A stretch of 64,000 bases of DNA, from the IMG/VR virus record IMGVR_UViG_3300029774_000001; one strand, written 5' to 3'. The notes under the pieces are model-generated. The model had not been told where the DNA came from, did no database searches, and was given only the letters and a program-made list of their open reading frames with translations. Every line of letters begins with the position of its first letter. The stretch's first letter is position 1. Shown here piece after piece: positions 25,522 through 35,507 of this stretch. This stretch comes from a virus. A program made the translations under genes and the position numbers.

Positions 25522-27597
25522 ATGATAGTAAAAAATATTGAAATAAAACGTCGGGCAAAGACCGTATTAGGGTCAATGCCAGATATAGATACCGACTTCC
25601 CAGGCAGAAGACGAGACGAAATAAAAGCTTACATGGAAGAACGGTTCGGTAAGGAGCAGGTTTGTTCGCTTGGCACCTATACTACTCTCCAGCTAAAAGA
25701 GGCAATATCGGACATGGCGCGTGCAGACGGCATACCAGTACAGTTATACAGATGGTTTACCGCTTGTATCGGAGATGACAAGGAAAAGACGATAGAGGAG
25801 TTTTTTAAGACTGTATGCGGAAAGGAAGACCTAAAGAAGTTCGTGAAGGAACATACAGAAACGTTCAACGACATGTTGGTAGTTCTTGGTTCACCTAAAA
25901 GCCAGTCAGTGCATGCGTGTGGAACCGTAGTGTTGCCAGATGGAAAAACATCCTACGAATGGATGCCCGTACATACACAAAAAGGACTTGTAGTTACGGA
26001 CTGGGAAGGTTCGGAAGTGGAAGAGGCAGGCTTCCTAAAGGAAGATGTTTTGGGTATCATACAGTTGGATAAGTTCGAGGAAATGTTACGCTTGATAAAG
26101 GAGAACCACGGAATAGATATTGACATATACAGCTTGCCTTTGGACGATAAGCAGGTATTCGAGTATGCAGGTAAAGGATGGCTGGGAGATGTTTTTCAGC
26201 TTGGTTCAGCAGGATTATCCGGATATTGCGTAAAAATGAAACCGGAAAACATAAACGAACTGTCTGCATGTGTGGCTCTCTACAGACCTGGACCTATGGA
26301 AAACAATTTCCACAACGAATATATTTTGCGGAAGAACGGGGAAAAGGACTGGACAGAAGAAATGCCTATAGGCGGTGAAGAAGTGGTGAAGAAAGATTTT
26401 GGACTACTTGTCTATCAAGAAAGTATAATGTTATTAGCCCAAAAACTTGCCGGATTTGATTCTGAAACAACAGACCTTTTGCGTAAATGTTTGGGGAAGA
26501 AGGATTTAAAGAAGATAAAACTTTATAAAGACAAGTTTATTACTAATTATGCAAAAAATTTTGCTTCTAAGGGTGTCACAAAGGAATACGCGGAAAATCT
26601 TTGGAACCAAATGGAAGAGTTTGCAAAATATTCGTTCAACAAATCTCATTCCGTATGCTATGGTATGACCGCTTATATATGCCTATGGCTTAAGGTACAT
26701 TATCCTATTGAGTATTGGAGTGCTACATTCTCGTTTGCGAAAGATGAAAAGATACCTTATTATGTAAACGAAATACAGCAGTCCGGTGAGATAAAGATAC
26801 ATCCAGTAGATATCAACAAGTCAGATATAAACATTGTGTCCGATTATCGTACAAACAGTATGTATTGGGCATTCAACGCAGTAAAACAATGTGGGGAAAG
26901 AGCACAGGAACATATATCGGAGGAGAAAAAGAAGAACGGGCCTTTTTTCTCTTTGGAGGAATTTATAGACAGATGTGTAATTAAAGGCAGTCCGGTAAAT
27001 AAATCTGTCATTGAGAATTTGATATTTGCAGGAGCGTTCGACGAATTGGAGAATATCCAGGAACCTAAAGACCGTTTGGCGCTTATTGAGATGTACCGCG
27101 AGAACAAAAGGGTTAAGATATTGGAGGATAAGGATTTACTTACCAATATTATGAAAGTCCGCAAAGAACGCAATAATTGGTGGTGGCTGTTGCAGCAAAA
27201 AAGAACGTCCGGTTTTGCATTTTTTGATTATTACGATTTGGTAAATGAATATCATATGCCTAAATTAGACGACGAAACGGAATTCCAGGATGTGTCGCAG
27301 ATAAAATTTTGGGACATTAATTCAAAGAAAACCCGTCGTGCCGTGATAGGCGGTTATGTGATTGAGATAATAGAGAGGAAAAGCAAGAAGGGCATATTTG
27401 CCACTATAGTATTGGAAAGTAATTATGAGTTTATAAATGTAACTATTTTCCCAGAGTTGTTTGAAGAATACGGAGAGTTTTTAAGGGGTAGTAAAAAGAA
27501 CATTTTGTTGGTTAACGGTGTGATTGTGTGGGATAAGTTCAGAGGAGAATATATTTTGCAGGCGAATGTTAATTCATTGTTTACAGTATTGACGTAA
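25522..27597 (+). CDS. dnaE: DNA polymerase III alpha (DnaE-type), C-terminal fragment: catalytic PDxD, fingers, HhH, OB
   Basis: M-P-D-I-D-T-D-F at residues 19-26, then V-H-A-C-G, Y-R-P-G-P-M, Y-Q-E-S-I-M and F-N-K-S-H-S-V-C-Y. Sits in the +1 frame relative to the N-fragment, 4 nt after its stop. Confidence 0.85.
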   Translation: MIVKNIEIKRRAKTVLGSMPDIDTDFPGRRRDEIKAYMEERFGKEQVCSLGTYTTLQLKEAISDMARADGIPVQLYRWFTACIGDDKEKTIEEFFKTVCGKEDLKKFVKEHTETFNDMLVVLGSPKSQSVHACGTVVLPDGKTSYEWMPVHTQKGLVVTDWEGSEVEEAGFLKEDVLGIIQLDKFEEMLRLIKENHGIDIDIYSLPLDDKQVFEYAGKGWLGDVFQLGSAGLSGYCVKMKPENINELSACVALYRPGPMENNFHNEYILRKNGEKDWTEEMPIGGEEVVKKDFGLLVYQESIMLLAQKLAGFDSETTDLLRKCLGKKDLKKIKLYKDKFITNYAKNFASKGVTKEYAENLWNQMEEFAKYSFNKSHSVCYGMTAYICLWLKVHYPIEYWSATFSFAKDEKIPYYVNEIQQSGEIKIHPVDINKSDINIVSDYRTNSMYWAFNAVKQCGERAQEHISEEKKKNGPFFSLEEFIDRCVIKGSPVNKSVIENLIFAGAFDELENIQEPKDRLALIEMYRENKRVKILEDKDLLTNIMKVRKERNNWWWLLQQKRTSGFAFFDYYDLVNEYHMPKLDDETEFQDVSQIKFWDINSKKTRRAVIGGYVIEIIERKSKKGIFATIVLESNYEFINVTIFPELFEEYGEFLRGSKKNILLVNGVIVWDKFRGEYILQANVNSLFTVLT

Positions 27598-27609
27598 AGA
27601 TATTTTGAT

Positions 27610-28140
27610 ATGAAAATTATGGTAGAAATCGGTACCAAGACCGTTGTTTTGGTATCACCGGACAAGGACGAAGAAATAGAACTTGACGATGTTACGACAA
27701 TCAATTACTCGAACCTCTATGGAGAGGCGGTAACGGTATCTGGATTGCTTAACAAGGTCGGTCTAATGAAAGTTGAATATGAGAAGAAAGCGAAGGAAGA
27801 GAAACTGTTTTGTGATGTGTTTGCAGCTAATTTGAGGAAGAAATTAAGGCGAGAAGCGGCTACGAATGGAGGAAGAATAACGATTGATGGAGAATCTTTT
27901 AAGCTGACTGAAAAAGGATTGGAGGACGCTATATTACTCAATGAACAGTATCAGAAAAATCTGATGAATCTTATTGAGATAGAATCGAAGCGAGACAAGT
28001 TAGACACCCTATTTTGGGCAGTACAAAGCAAGGACAAGAAACTTAACAATTTGTTGCCAAAGATTGTACCGCAAGACTTTGAAAAAGAGCTTATTGAAGG
28101 AAAAATAAATACTTTTAAGATAGTGAAAACCGATTATTAA
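27610..28140 (+). CDS. Hypothetical replication-module protein
   Basis: 176-aa ATG ORF between the polymerase and the SSB candidate. Confidence 0.55.
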   Translation: MKIMVEIGTKTVVLVSPDKDEEIELDDVTTINYSNLYGEAVTVSGLLNKVGLMKVEYEKKAKEEKLFCDVFAANLRKKLRREAATNGGRITIDGESFKLTEKGLEDAILLNEQYQKNLMNLIEIESKRDKLDTLFWAVQSKDKKLNNLLPKIVPQDFEKELIEGKINTFKIVKTDY

Positions 28141-28159
28141 TTTTTAAAAATTTTGTGTT

Positions 28160-29497
28160 ATGGCTTTTGACAGAAGTAAGTACAAGAAAGCGAGTGTAGA
28201 ATCAATTGATGAAACAGTAGGAAAAGCAGCCGCAACAATGGGCGGTGGTTTTGGACAAGGCGGCAGAGCCTCATTTTTTAATCTGAGCGAAGACGGAAGA
28301 TATGTATTGCGCGTATTGCCGTCGTTGACAGGGAAACCCTATATGCCGAGAAAGACGGTTAAACTTCCTATTGAGTGTGCGGTATATGACAAGGACGGGA
28401 AAGACACCGGGAAGAAGGAAATCAGACAAAGAGATGTCTTTACTTCTGATATCCACAGCAACCGGATGAATGGAGAAGATGCAGTGCTGACCTATATCAG
28501 CCACGTGTATAACCTGGCAAATGATATCCAGGACAAGGAAGAGCGCGCAAAATTCCTCTATCCCATCAGCGGTTACCGCAACAAGCAAAAACAATGGATA
28601 TGGGGCATGAAAGCCATGCTTAACTATGTGGCTTATGTATGGGACGAAAATGACGTGTACCGTCTTGATTTGCGCCCGGATTGGTGGAAGAAAATGAAGA
28701 ACATTTCTATGGAGCGCGCAGGCGGTTCTGACGATGGTATTATTAATCTTGACATCTTTTCTGACCCGGACGAAGGTTATCCGTTGATTGTCAATGTCAC
28801 CACGGACGAAAACAAAAAGAAAAATTTTGACATTACTTGTGGTATGCCGGATGCTAATAAGCGCCAGACTTGGGACGATTTCTTTGCTAAAAACCGTGTA
28901 TCAGACGAAGTGTTCGGTATCATGGAAGAATTGCCTACCCTGGATGATATGTATGTAGATGTCTTTTCACGTAAAGACTGGGATATGCAGTTGGAAGGAT
29001 TGGAAAGAATCGACGAGGAACAATCATACGGTATTTTCCAAGACGACGTATTCTTGAACAAACTCGAAGAACTTGACAAATTGGTTCCGGAAGAGGACGA
29101 AATCAAGGAAAAGAAAGCTCCTAAAAAAGCCCCCGAGACAAAGAAGGTGAAAACGGAGGAACCGAAAGAAGAGCCAACAAAGACGGAAAAAAAAGCAGGC
29201 GGTTATCCTACATTGACGAACCTCAAAAAGGAACTCCGTGCCTACATTGCCGATAACTACGAAGATAAGGAATTACCGGAAGAGTTGACTGTAGCAGAAC
29301 TCCGTAAATGGTACGACATTGCACAGGAAGGTGGCGAACTGCCTTTTGAGGATTACGAAGAGCCGGAAGACGAAGAAAAAGGAACAGAAGAGACGAAACC
29401 GGAAGATACGGCAGTTGAAGAAAGGGAAGCATCAGCAAGCGTTCCTAACTCTATTGCATCACGGTTGAGAAACTTGAAAGCAAGAACTTCAAAATAA
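28160..29497 (+). CDS. Putative ssDNA-binding protein (gp32-like) with an acidic C-terminal tail
   Basis: Lies in the replication module. Strongly acidic tail (EDYEEPEDEEKGTEE..) and K/E-rich linker. No diagnostic motif, so this is tentative. Confidence 0.4.
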   Translation: MAFDRSKYKKASVESIDETVGKAAATMGGGFGQGGRASFFNLSEDGRYVLRVLPSLTGKPYMPRKTVKLPIECAVYDKDGKDTGKKEIRQRDVFTSDIHSNRMNGEDAVLTYISHVYNLANDIQDKEERAKFLYPISGYRNKQKQWIWGMKAMLNYVAYVWDENDVYRLDLRPDWWKKMKNISMERAGGSDDGIINLDIFSDPDEGYPLIVNVTTDENKKKNFDITCGMPDANKRQTWDDFFAKNRVSDEVFGIMEELPTLDDMYVDVFSRKDWDMQLEGLERIDEEQSYGIFQDDVFLNKLEELDKLVPEEDEIKEKKAPKKAPETKKVKTEEPKEEPTKTEKKAGGYPTLTNLKKELRAYIADNYEDKELPEELTVAELRKWYDIAQEGGELPFEDYEEPEDEEKGTEETKPEDTAVEEREASASVPNSIASRLRNLKARTSK

Positions 29498-29506
29498 ATC
29501 ATACAA

Positions 29507-29529
29507 GGAAGGGTAATTTCTACCCTTCC
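29507..29529 (+). terminator. Hairpin with a weak T-tract
   Basis: GGAAGGGTA-atttc-TACCCTTCC. Confidence 0.5.
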
Positions 29530-29544
29530 ATTATTCCTATTATT

Positions 29545-30165
29545 ATGAAAAATCTTTACAGAATAATTCTCATTTCGGGAATGATAATATTACTCGTATT
29601 GTTATTTCTATCTATCAAGAAGGCAAGGGAAAACGAAAGGTTGATATATGAAGTAGAATTCTATACTGATTCTTTGAACCGATACACAAAAATTTATAAT
29701 TCTGAAAGCTTTTCTAAACTGAAGAAAGAAAACAAAGAATTGTACAATCAATTGAAGGAAAAGGAAGCACTTGTAGAGGCAGTGGAATTTGAATGGAAAT
29801 ACAAGTATGAAGGACTGGAAAAGCAGGTTTCTGAATTAAGAAAAACGGACAGCCTCTATACATTCAAGGAAGAAACCGATACGGTGGGATATGACTTGCA
29901 GGTATGGGCTACACACCTGGCAAAATATAAGATTAACTTTAATATAACCAACAAGTTTTTATTGACAAATCAGCGTATAGGGGACAGTAACCGTATGGAG
30001 ATAACTTCCCAATTGCCCGGAAAGATAGGCGATGTCACAATGTGGACGAAACCGGAGAAAAAGAAAAGATTCGGTTTAGGGTTGTCCGTAGGTGCCGGAT
30101 ATGGAGTATTCAATAAAGATTTTGATGTGTTTGTAGGATTAAGTGGAACATATTTAATTTGGTAA
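29545..30165 (+). CDS. Membrane-anchored hypothetical protein
   Basis: N-terminal TM helix IILISGMIILLVLLFLSI followed by a coiled region. Confidence 0.55.
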   Translation: MKNLYRIILISGMIILLVLLFLSIKKARENERLIYEVEFYTDSLNRYTKIYNSESFSKLKKENKELYNQLKEKEALVEAVEFEWKYKYEGLEKQVSELRKTDSLYTFKEETDTVGYDLQVWATHLAKYKINFNITNKFLLTNQRIGDSNRMEITSQLPGKIGDVTMWTKPEKKKRFGLGLSVGAGYGVFNKDFDVFVGLSGTYLIW

Positions 30166-30167
30166 TT

Positions 30168-30371
30168 ATGTTTGTACAGATAAATAACAAAAGGATAAAG
30201 ATTACTTCTATCAGTAGATACAATGATGAGGGGTATTCACAGTCAACCAAGAAGTTCAGAATAGCTTTAAAAATTTCCAATGTCTGGGAAAGCTTCTATT
30301 TTGACAAGGAAGTAGAGAAAGATAATGTTTTGAAAAATCTTGACAATACATTAAAGGTGACAGCGCTATGA
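30168..30371 (+). CDS. Hypothetical small protein
   Basis: First ATG in the frame; 67 aa. Confidence 0.45.
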   Translation: MFVQINNKRIKITSISRYNDEGYSQSTKKFRIALKISNVWESFYFDKEVEKDNVLKNLDNTLKVTAL

Positions 30372-31396
30372 CCGGGAAAATGATAATAAGTACAGACTGG
30401 CACTTGAAGACGTCCAATATCGAAGAAATAACGGAATTGCAAAGGCAGGAATTGAACGTAGCGGAAGACAACGGTATAACCGACCATGTGTGGCTTGGTG
30501 ACATATTCGATTCCCGTATATCACAGAGGCAGGACGTCTTAAATGCTTTTTCCTCTATACTTGATATGTACGCGAGGATGGGACACACAGTATATTGCAT
30601 TCCAGGAAATCACGATAAGAGCGATTATAGTTCGGACAGGTCGTTTCTTGATGCGTTTAAATATCATAAAGGGTTTAAGTTGATAACTGACTTGGACGCT
30701 TTCGAGATAGGCGGTGTAATATGCTATTTTATGCCGTTTTTCGACAATGCGATATGGTTAAAAGGGATGGGTGATGTGCTGAAAGAAAAGAATCATAAGA
30801 CGCATGTACTTTTTACTCATATTGCTTTCCAGGGAAGCAGGAATAATGACGGTAGCGAGGTAGAAAGCGATATAAAACCTTCTTTGTTTAAAAACTTCGG
30901 TATGGTATTTTCCGGACATTACCACGATTTCCAAGAAATAGGAAAGAATATCGTGCACTTGGGAAGCATCACTCAGAACAATTTCGGGGAAGATGATAAA
31001 AAGGGGTTTTGGTTATTGGATGATGATTTGACATACGCGTTTATTCCGTCAACAGGGAAGCGATACAGAAAGGTTACTGTGAACCTGGAAAACACGACTT
31101 TCAAGCAAGCGGATAAGATTGTAAAAGATTTTCAGAAGAAAAACAAGGAAGATTTTGTGCGCGTGGAATTCGTAGGTACGAAAGATGCAATTTCCTCCAT
31201 TGACAAGGAAGAGTATAGAAAGCTTGGTGTGGATGTCAAAGTTAAGTCCGTAGAACTGGAAACGGAAGAGGTGGAGACAGCAGAAGAAATCAAAGCTTTG
31301 TCCGGTTCCGATATTGCAGAAAAATTCAAGGGATTTTGCGAACAGAACGATTACTCCTATAATGAAGGAATGGAAATTTTAAAGGAGGTGTTATAA
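30368..31396 (+). CDS. sbcD: SbcD/Mre11-type nuclease
   Basis: Metallophosphoesterase motifs D-W-H, G-D-I-F-D, G-N-H-D, F-T-H and G-H-Y-H. Confidence 0.85.
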   Translation: MTGKMIISTDWHLKTSNIEEITELQRQELNVAEDNGITDHVWLGDIFDSRISQRQDVLNAFSSILDMYARMGHTVYCIPGNHDKSDYSSDRSFLDAFKYHKGFKLITDLDAFEIGGVICYFMPFFDNAIWLKGMGDVLKEKNHKTHVLFTHIAFQGSRNNDGSEVESDIKPSLFKNFGMVFSGHYHDFQEIGKNIVHLGSITQNNFGEDDKKGFWLLDDDLTYAFIPSTGKRYRKVTVNLENTTFKQADKIVKDFQKKNKEDFVRVEFVGTKDAISSIDKEEYRKLGVDVKVKSVELETEEVETAEEIKALSGSDIAEKFKGFCEQNDYSYNEGMEILKEVL

Positions 31397-32367
31397 TGGG
31401 ATTGGAAGAATTATTTGGAAGAATAGAGAAACGTTTCGGAAAGGAAGCGGTAGTAGGCAACGATATAAAGGTAGACACCGTGTCTTCCGGCAGCATGGCA
31501 TTTGACGAGATATTAGGAGGAGGTTTTGCACTTGGAAGAATACACGAAATATACGGAGGATTTTCGAGCGGCAAAAGCTCTGCGGCATTGCATCTAAGTG
31601 CATCCGTACAGAAAACGCTTGGGAAAGCGGTAGGGTATGTAGATACGGAACAAGCACTTGACCTGGAATACGCAAAAGCGCTTGGAGTTGATTTAAGCCG
31701 CGACAAGTGGATAATGTCGCAGCCGGATAGTGCGGAACAGGCGCTTGAAATCGTGCGTGAGATGCTGGAGGTGCCGGAAATCGGATTGGTAGTGCTTGAT
31801 TCGGTTGCTGGATTGGTGCCGGAAGCTGTTTTGCAGGGTGAGGCAGGAGATGCAAAGATAGCGCTTGTTGCACGCCTTATGTCACAGCAGTTAAGCATCC
31901 TAAAAAATGTATGTAAGAAAAACGGAAACATTCTCCTATGTATCAATCAGACAAGGCAGAAAATCGGAGGTATGGGATTCGGTCCTACGACAACCACACC
32001 AGGAGGTGAAGCCCTTAAATTCTATGCCACCCAAAGAGCGGAATTTGCCCGTATAGGCACGGAAAAGACCGATGGAGTGGCAACGGCCAATAAGACACAA
32101 ATAAAAGTCGTAAAGAATAAGATTGCACCCCCTTTCCGTGTATGCCAGGTAATGTTAGAGTATGGTGTAGGATTTGACACGATACAGGAGCTTATAGATA
32201 TGTCTATAAGAGAGGGGATTTGCTCTAAAAAGGGTGCTTGGTTTTACTATGGCGAGACCCGGTTAGGACAGGGAATGGATAACGCTAAAAAAGCGTTGTC
32301 GGATAAGGATTTGTTTAATGAAATTAAAAATAAATTGACAGAGACGTTATGTATCCCGAAAGATTGA
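31396..32367 (+). CDS. recA: RecA recombinase
   Basis: G-G-F-A-L-G-R-I-H-E-I-Y-G-G-F-S-S-G-K-S-S, V-V-L-D-S-V-A-G-L-V-P, A-R-L-M-S-Q-Q-L, I-N-Q-T-R-Q-K-I-G and T-T-P-G-G-E-A-L-K-F-Y-A-T-Q-R. Confidence 0.9.
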   Translation: MGLEELFGRIEKRFGKEAVVGNDIKVDTVSSGSMAFDEILGGGFALGRIHEIYGGFSSGKSSAALHLSASVQKTLGKAVGYVDTEQALDLEYAKALGVDLSRDKWIMSQPDSAEQALEIVREMLEVPEIGLVVLDSVAGLVPEAVLQGEAGDAKIALVARLMSQQLSILKNVCKKNGNILLCINQTRQKIGGMGFGPTTTTPGGEALKFYATQRAEFARIGTEKTDGVATANKTQIKVVKNKIAPPFRVCQVMLEYGVGFDTIQELIDMSIREGICSKKGAWFYYGETRLGQGMDNAKKALSDKDLFNEIKNKLTETLCIPKD

Positions 32368-34349
32368 TATTAAGAAATTTTTTGTCATTTGAAGAACTTG
32401 ATTACACCTTTACAAAAGAAACTTTGGGCGTGACTGGAGAGAACCGGACAGAGGAAGACCAGCTAAGCAATGGTAGCGGCAAAACGGGACTGTCACAAGG
32501 CTTGTTCTATGCGATATATGGAGTTAATCTAAGAGGAAAGGAAGACAAGAAACTGATACGTAAAGGCACGAAAGAAGCCTATACCAAGGTTGAAATATTT
32601 TGTCAAAAACGGAAAGAAACACTGATAATTGAGCGTACAATTCCGTTGAAAAGTTCTTCCAAAGTATCGCTGACCCTAAAGAAAGATGATGTGGAGACAC
32701 CCGTAACGGTAGCCACTGTACTGGATGCGAATAAATACGTGATTAACTGGATTGAGATTACACCGGAAGATGCCAAGTCCTATTATATCGTAACCAAGGG
32801 TAATTATTCGTCTTTTTTTCGTTCGTCCAATACGGAGAAACTTGCCTTGATAAGTCGCTTTGTCAATTTCTCCAATATTGACAAGACAAAAGGTGTGATT
32901 TCCGAAAAAGTCGGAATATTGGAACAAGAATTGCACAAAGAAGAATGCTTGAAAAATGTTGCGGAAGGCAAGAAACAAGCCTATGAGGAACAGATACAGC
33001 AAGTGTTAAGCGAAGACCCGGAAGAAAAGAAAAAGGGTGTAATAGGCGAAATTCAGTCCGAAATATATTCTTTACAAATTCTTAATGAAGACCTTGTAAA
33101 GACACGCATTCCCAAAGCGGAAAAGAATATCGAAGGTGTAGACAAGGATATCGAAGGGCTTATAAAGCTGAAAGAAGAAGTAAGTAAAGAACTTGAAAGC
33201 TTCGATATGGATGCTTACAAGGACACCTATAAGGAGATAGACACGGAAATAGCCGGATTGAAGAAAGACAAGTCGAACAAGGAAGAAAGGCGTAAAGATT
33301 ACGCATTGAAATTAGCTGATTATGAGAAGAAATTACAGAAGGTCGAAGTATTGCTTTCTGGCGTCATTGTGTGCCCTAACTGCAATCATAAGTTTTTTAT
33401 GGATGCTGACAAGGATTTTGAAGAACTGGAGGCTGACAAAGAGGCTTATAAAACAGCCATTGATAAGAATACAGTAAAGAAAAACGAATATGAGACCTCT
33501 ATAAACGAACTGGAAGACCTTATCTCCCAATACCAGGATGTAAGAAAAGAAACGGAAGAGGAAGAACGTAAACTGCGTGTCCGTCGTGGAAAGGTGGTTG
33601 ATAAGATGATGGAGGTGGAAGACCGTATAAGGGAGCTTGAACGCGAGAAAAAGGGATATGAAAACTCCATTGTAAAGATGCGTTCAGAAGTTGAGACAAA
33701 CCGTTCTCTCATTGATTCCAAGACTGGGTATATAGAGGAATTGAAAAAGCAGAAAGCGGAAAGACCCTCTATCAAAGACCAGGAAAAGGCGGTAGAAAAA
33801 CTTTCCAAGGACATAGAGGAAGGCAACAAAAAAATTCTTGACAAGAAAAACGAGATTTTCAAAGTACAGCAATGGGATAGCCGTTTTAAAGACTTTAAGA
33901 TGTATCTGGCAATGGAGCAGATAAAGAATATCCAAAGCGCGGCCAATGATGTACTAAAGAAAATGAAAAGTGATTTACGTCTGATGATTGAAGGTTTCAA
34001 ACGGAACGCGAACGGAACGTTGAAAGAGGAGATAACACCCTATGTTTTCCGTGATGAGATGGAAAGCTTTTTCTTTTATTCGGGTGGTGAACAAGCACGT
34101 GTAGAGGTAGCTCTTATCATTGCGATACAAAGCATGATTAACGCGACGAAACAGTATGGAGGCATGGACTTTTTATTACTGGACGAGGTGCTGGAAAGTA
34201 GCGATTCTCTGGGGATAGAAAACATAATTTCCTCTACGGAATTTTTGAAACAGTCTATATTGATTGTTACCCATGTGCCGAAACTCAATGACGAGATAAA
34301 ACAACTGAAAGTAATCAAAGAAAACGGAATATCAAGATTGGAGGTGTAA
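32349..34349 (+). CDS. sbcC: SbcC/Rad50-type ATPase
   Basis: Walker A N-G-S-G-K-T-G, long coiled coil with a C-P-N-C zinc hook, signature S-G-G-E-Q, Walker B L-L-L-D-E-V. Confidence 0.85.
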   Translation: MYPERLILRNFLSFEELDYTFTKETLGVTGENRTEEDQLSNGSGKTGLSQGLFYAIYGVNLRGKEDKKLIRKGTKEAYTKVEIFCQKRKETLIIERTIPLKSSSKVSLTLKKDDVETPVTVATVLDANKYVINWIEITPEDAKSYYIVTKGNYSSFFRSSNTEKLALISRFVNFSNIDKTKGVISEKVGILEQELHKEECLKNVAEGKKQAYEEQIQQVLSEDPEEKKKGVIGEIQSEIYSLQILNEDLVKTRIPKAEKNIEGVDKDIEGLIKLKEEVSKELESFDMDAYKDTYKEIDTEIAGLKKDKSNKEERRKDYALKLADYEKKLQKVEVLLSGVIVCPNCNHKFFMDADKDFEELEADKEAYKTAIDKNTVKKNEYETSINELEDLISQYQDVRKETEEEERKLRVRRGKVVDKMMEVEDRIRELEREKKGYENSIVKMRSEVETNRSLIDSKTGYIEELKKQKAERPSIKDQEKAVEKLSKDIEEGNKKILDKKNEIFKVQQWDSRFKDFKMYLAMEQIKNIQSAANDVLKKMKSDLRLMIEGFKRNANGTLKEEITPYVFRDEMESFFFYSGGEQARVEVALIIAIQSMINATKQYGGMDFLLLDEVLESSDSLGIENIISSTEFLKQSILIVTHVPKLNDEIKQLKVIKENGISRLEV

Positions 34350-34350
34350 C

Positions 34351-34866
34351 ATGAAAGTATTTATGGGATTTGACCCTGGAACAAAGGGGTTTGTTTCGAT
34401 GATTGCGGAAGATGGGTCCTTTATCAAGGCTGAACCTATTTTCCGGGACATTAAGGTAGTGGATATGATAGAGACGGCAAACAGGCTGCTTGCTTTTGTC
34501 GAAGGGTATGAAGTCCGGCATGTTGTGATAGAGGATGTACATGCGCTGTATGGGTCTTCTGCAAAAGGAACGTTTACATTCGGTTATAATTCATGCGTAC
34601 CGGAATTTTTTTGTGCAATTGCCGGATTGCCATACACGAAGATACCGCCTAAAAAATGGCAGTCGGACATGCACAAGGGTATAAAGATGGTAACAAAAAA
34701 CGATGGTACCAAGACAGTAAAGGACGTAAAGAAAATGAGTATCGTGGCTGCACACCGTATTTTCCCGGATGTGAGTTTAAAACGGTCCAGCAGGAGCCTA
34801 AAGGACGATGATAACTTTGCCGATTCTTTATTGATGGCTGAATATGGACGTAGACATTTTAAATAA
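34351..34866 (+). CDS. RuvC-like Holliday junction resolvase
   Basis: G-F-D-P-G-T-K, V-V-I-E-D-V-H, and C-terminal D-N-F-A-D-S-L-L-M-A. Confidence 0.7.
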   Translation: MKVFMGFDPGTKGFVSMIAEDGSFIKAEPIFRDIKVVDMIETANRLLAFVEGYEVRHVVIEDVHALYGSSAKGTFTFGYNSCVPEFFCAIAGLPYTKIPPKKWQSDMHKGIKMVTKNDGTKTVKDVKKMSIVAAHRIFPDVSLKRSSRSLKDDDNFADSLLMAEYGRRHFK

Positions 34867-35194
34867 CAATGGTATGGAAGAGTATATAAGAAAAAGTTTT
34901 GTGGTGCCTAACGCAGCAATAAAGGTTGCTTGTTTTAAGGCAGGAATGACGGAAGAAGATTATTATAATACATTGGGAGAATGCCGAATGTATGGTGATA
35001 ATAAAGAGAAGAACAAAGAATACCAAAGGGAATTGTGCCGGAAGATATTCAGACCGACACCGGAAGAAGAGGAAGAAGATATCAACAGGTGGAAAGAAGA
35101 CGGTGCAAAAGTTATGAGCTTCGAGGATTGTGTAACTTTGGTATTGGAAGGATTGCCAATTAAAACAAAGAAAGATGATATATTGGAAATGTGA
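34844..35194 (+). CDS. Hypothetical protein
   Basis: ATG ORF; an alternative start at 34874 is possible. Confidence 0.5.
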   Translation: MDVDILNNNGMEEYIRKSFVVPNAAIKVACFKAGMTEEDYYNTLGECRMYGDNKEKNKEYQRELCRKIFRPTPEEEEEDINRWKEDGAKVMSFEDCVTLVLEGLPIKTKKDDILEM

Positions 35195-35507
35195 AAACAA
35201 GGAATGCACGGAGTTCGGGAAGGAAATTATAGAGACGCGCCCGATGTTTAAGTACACCGACAAGGGAACCGTGCCTATTAATGTGCCTTATTGTAAGGTA
35301 TGCGGAAAACAGATGGGGTACCGGGAAGAATTGCCGGAAAGTGAAAGTGATATAAACGTGGCGTTCGCTTCTTTTGGTTCCCAGTCCAACGAAAATAAAG
35401 CCTCTATTCTCAAAGATAGATACAAGAAAGGTCTTGAAAAAGACGGTATTAGCGAGGTTATAAAGGCTAAAAGAGATAAAATGACTAAGGATTTTTTCGG
35501 TGGGTGA
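35175..35507 (+). CDS. Zinc-ribbon protein
   Basis: C-E-N-K-E-C ... C-K-V-C-G. Confidence 0.55.
   Translation: MIYWKCENKECTEFGKEIIETRPMFKYTDKGTVPINVPYCKVCGKQMGYREELPESESDINVAFASFGSQSNENKASILKDRYKKGLEKDGISEVIKAKRDKMTKDFFGG

Noticed and set aside
25515-25524. TAG stop-codon reassignment or read-through joining the two DnaE halves
   Set aside because: The downstream half is in a different (+1) frame, and in-frame read-through hits TGA after 7 codons. All other long genes here are intact in the standard code, so there is no sign of recoding.
31326-31946. 206-aa and 160-aa minus-strand ORFs opposite recA
   Set aside because: They are antisense shadows of a strongly supported recA gene with S/P/A-rich low-complexity products. 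The same reasoning applies to 33446-34000, 39715-40143, 43183-43713, 44607-44999, 49339-50165, 60239-60802, 62358-62735 and the other minus ORFs inside + genes.
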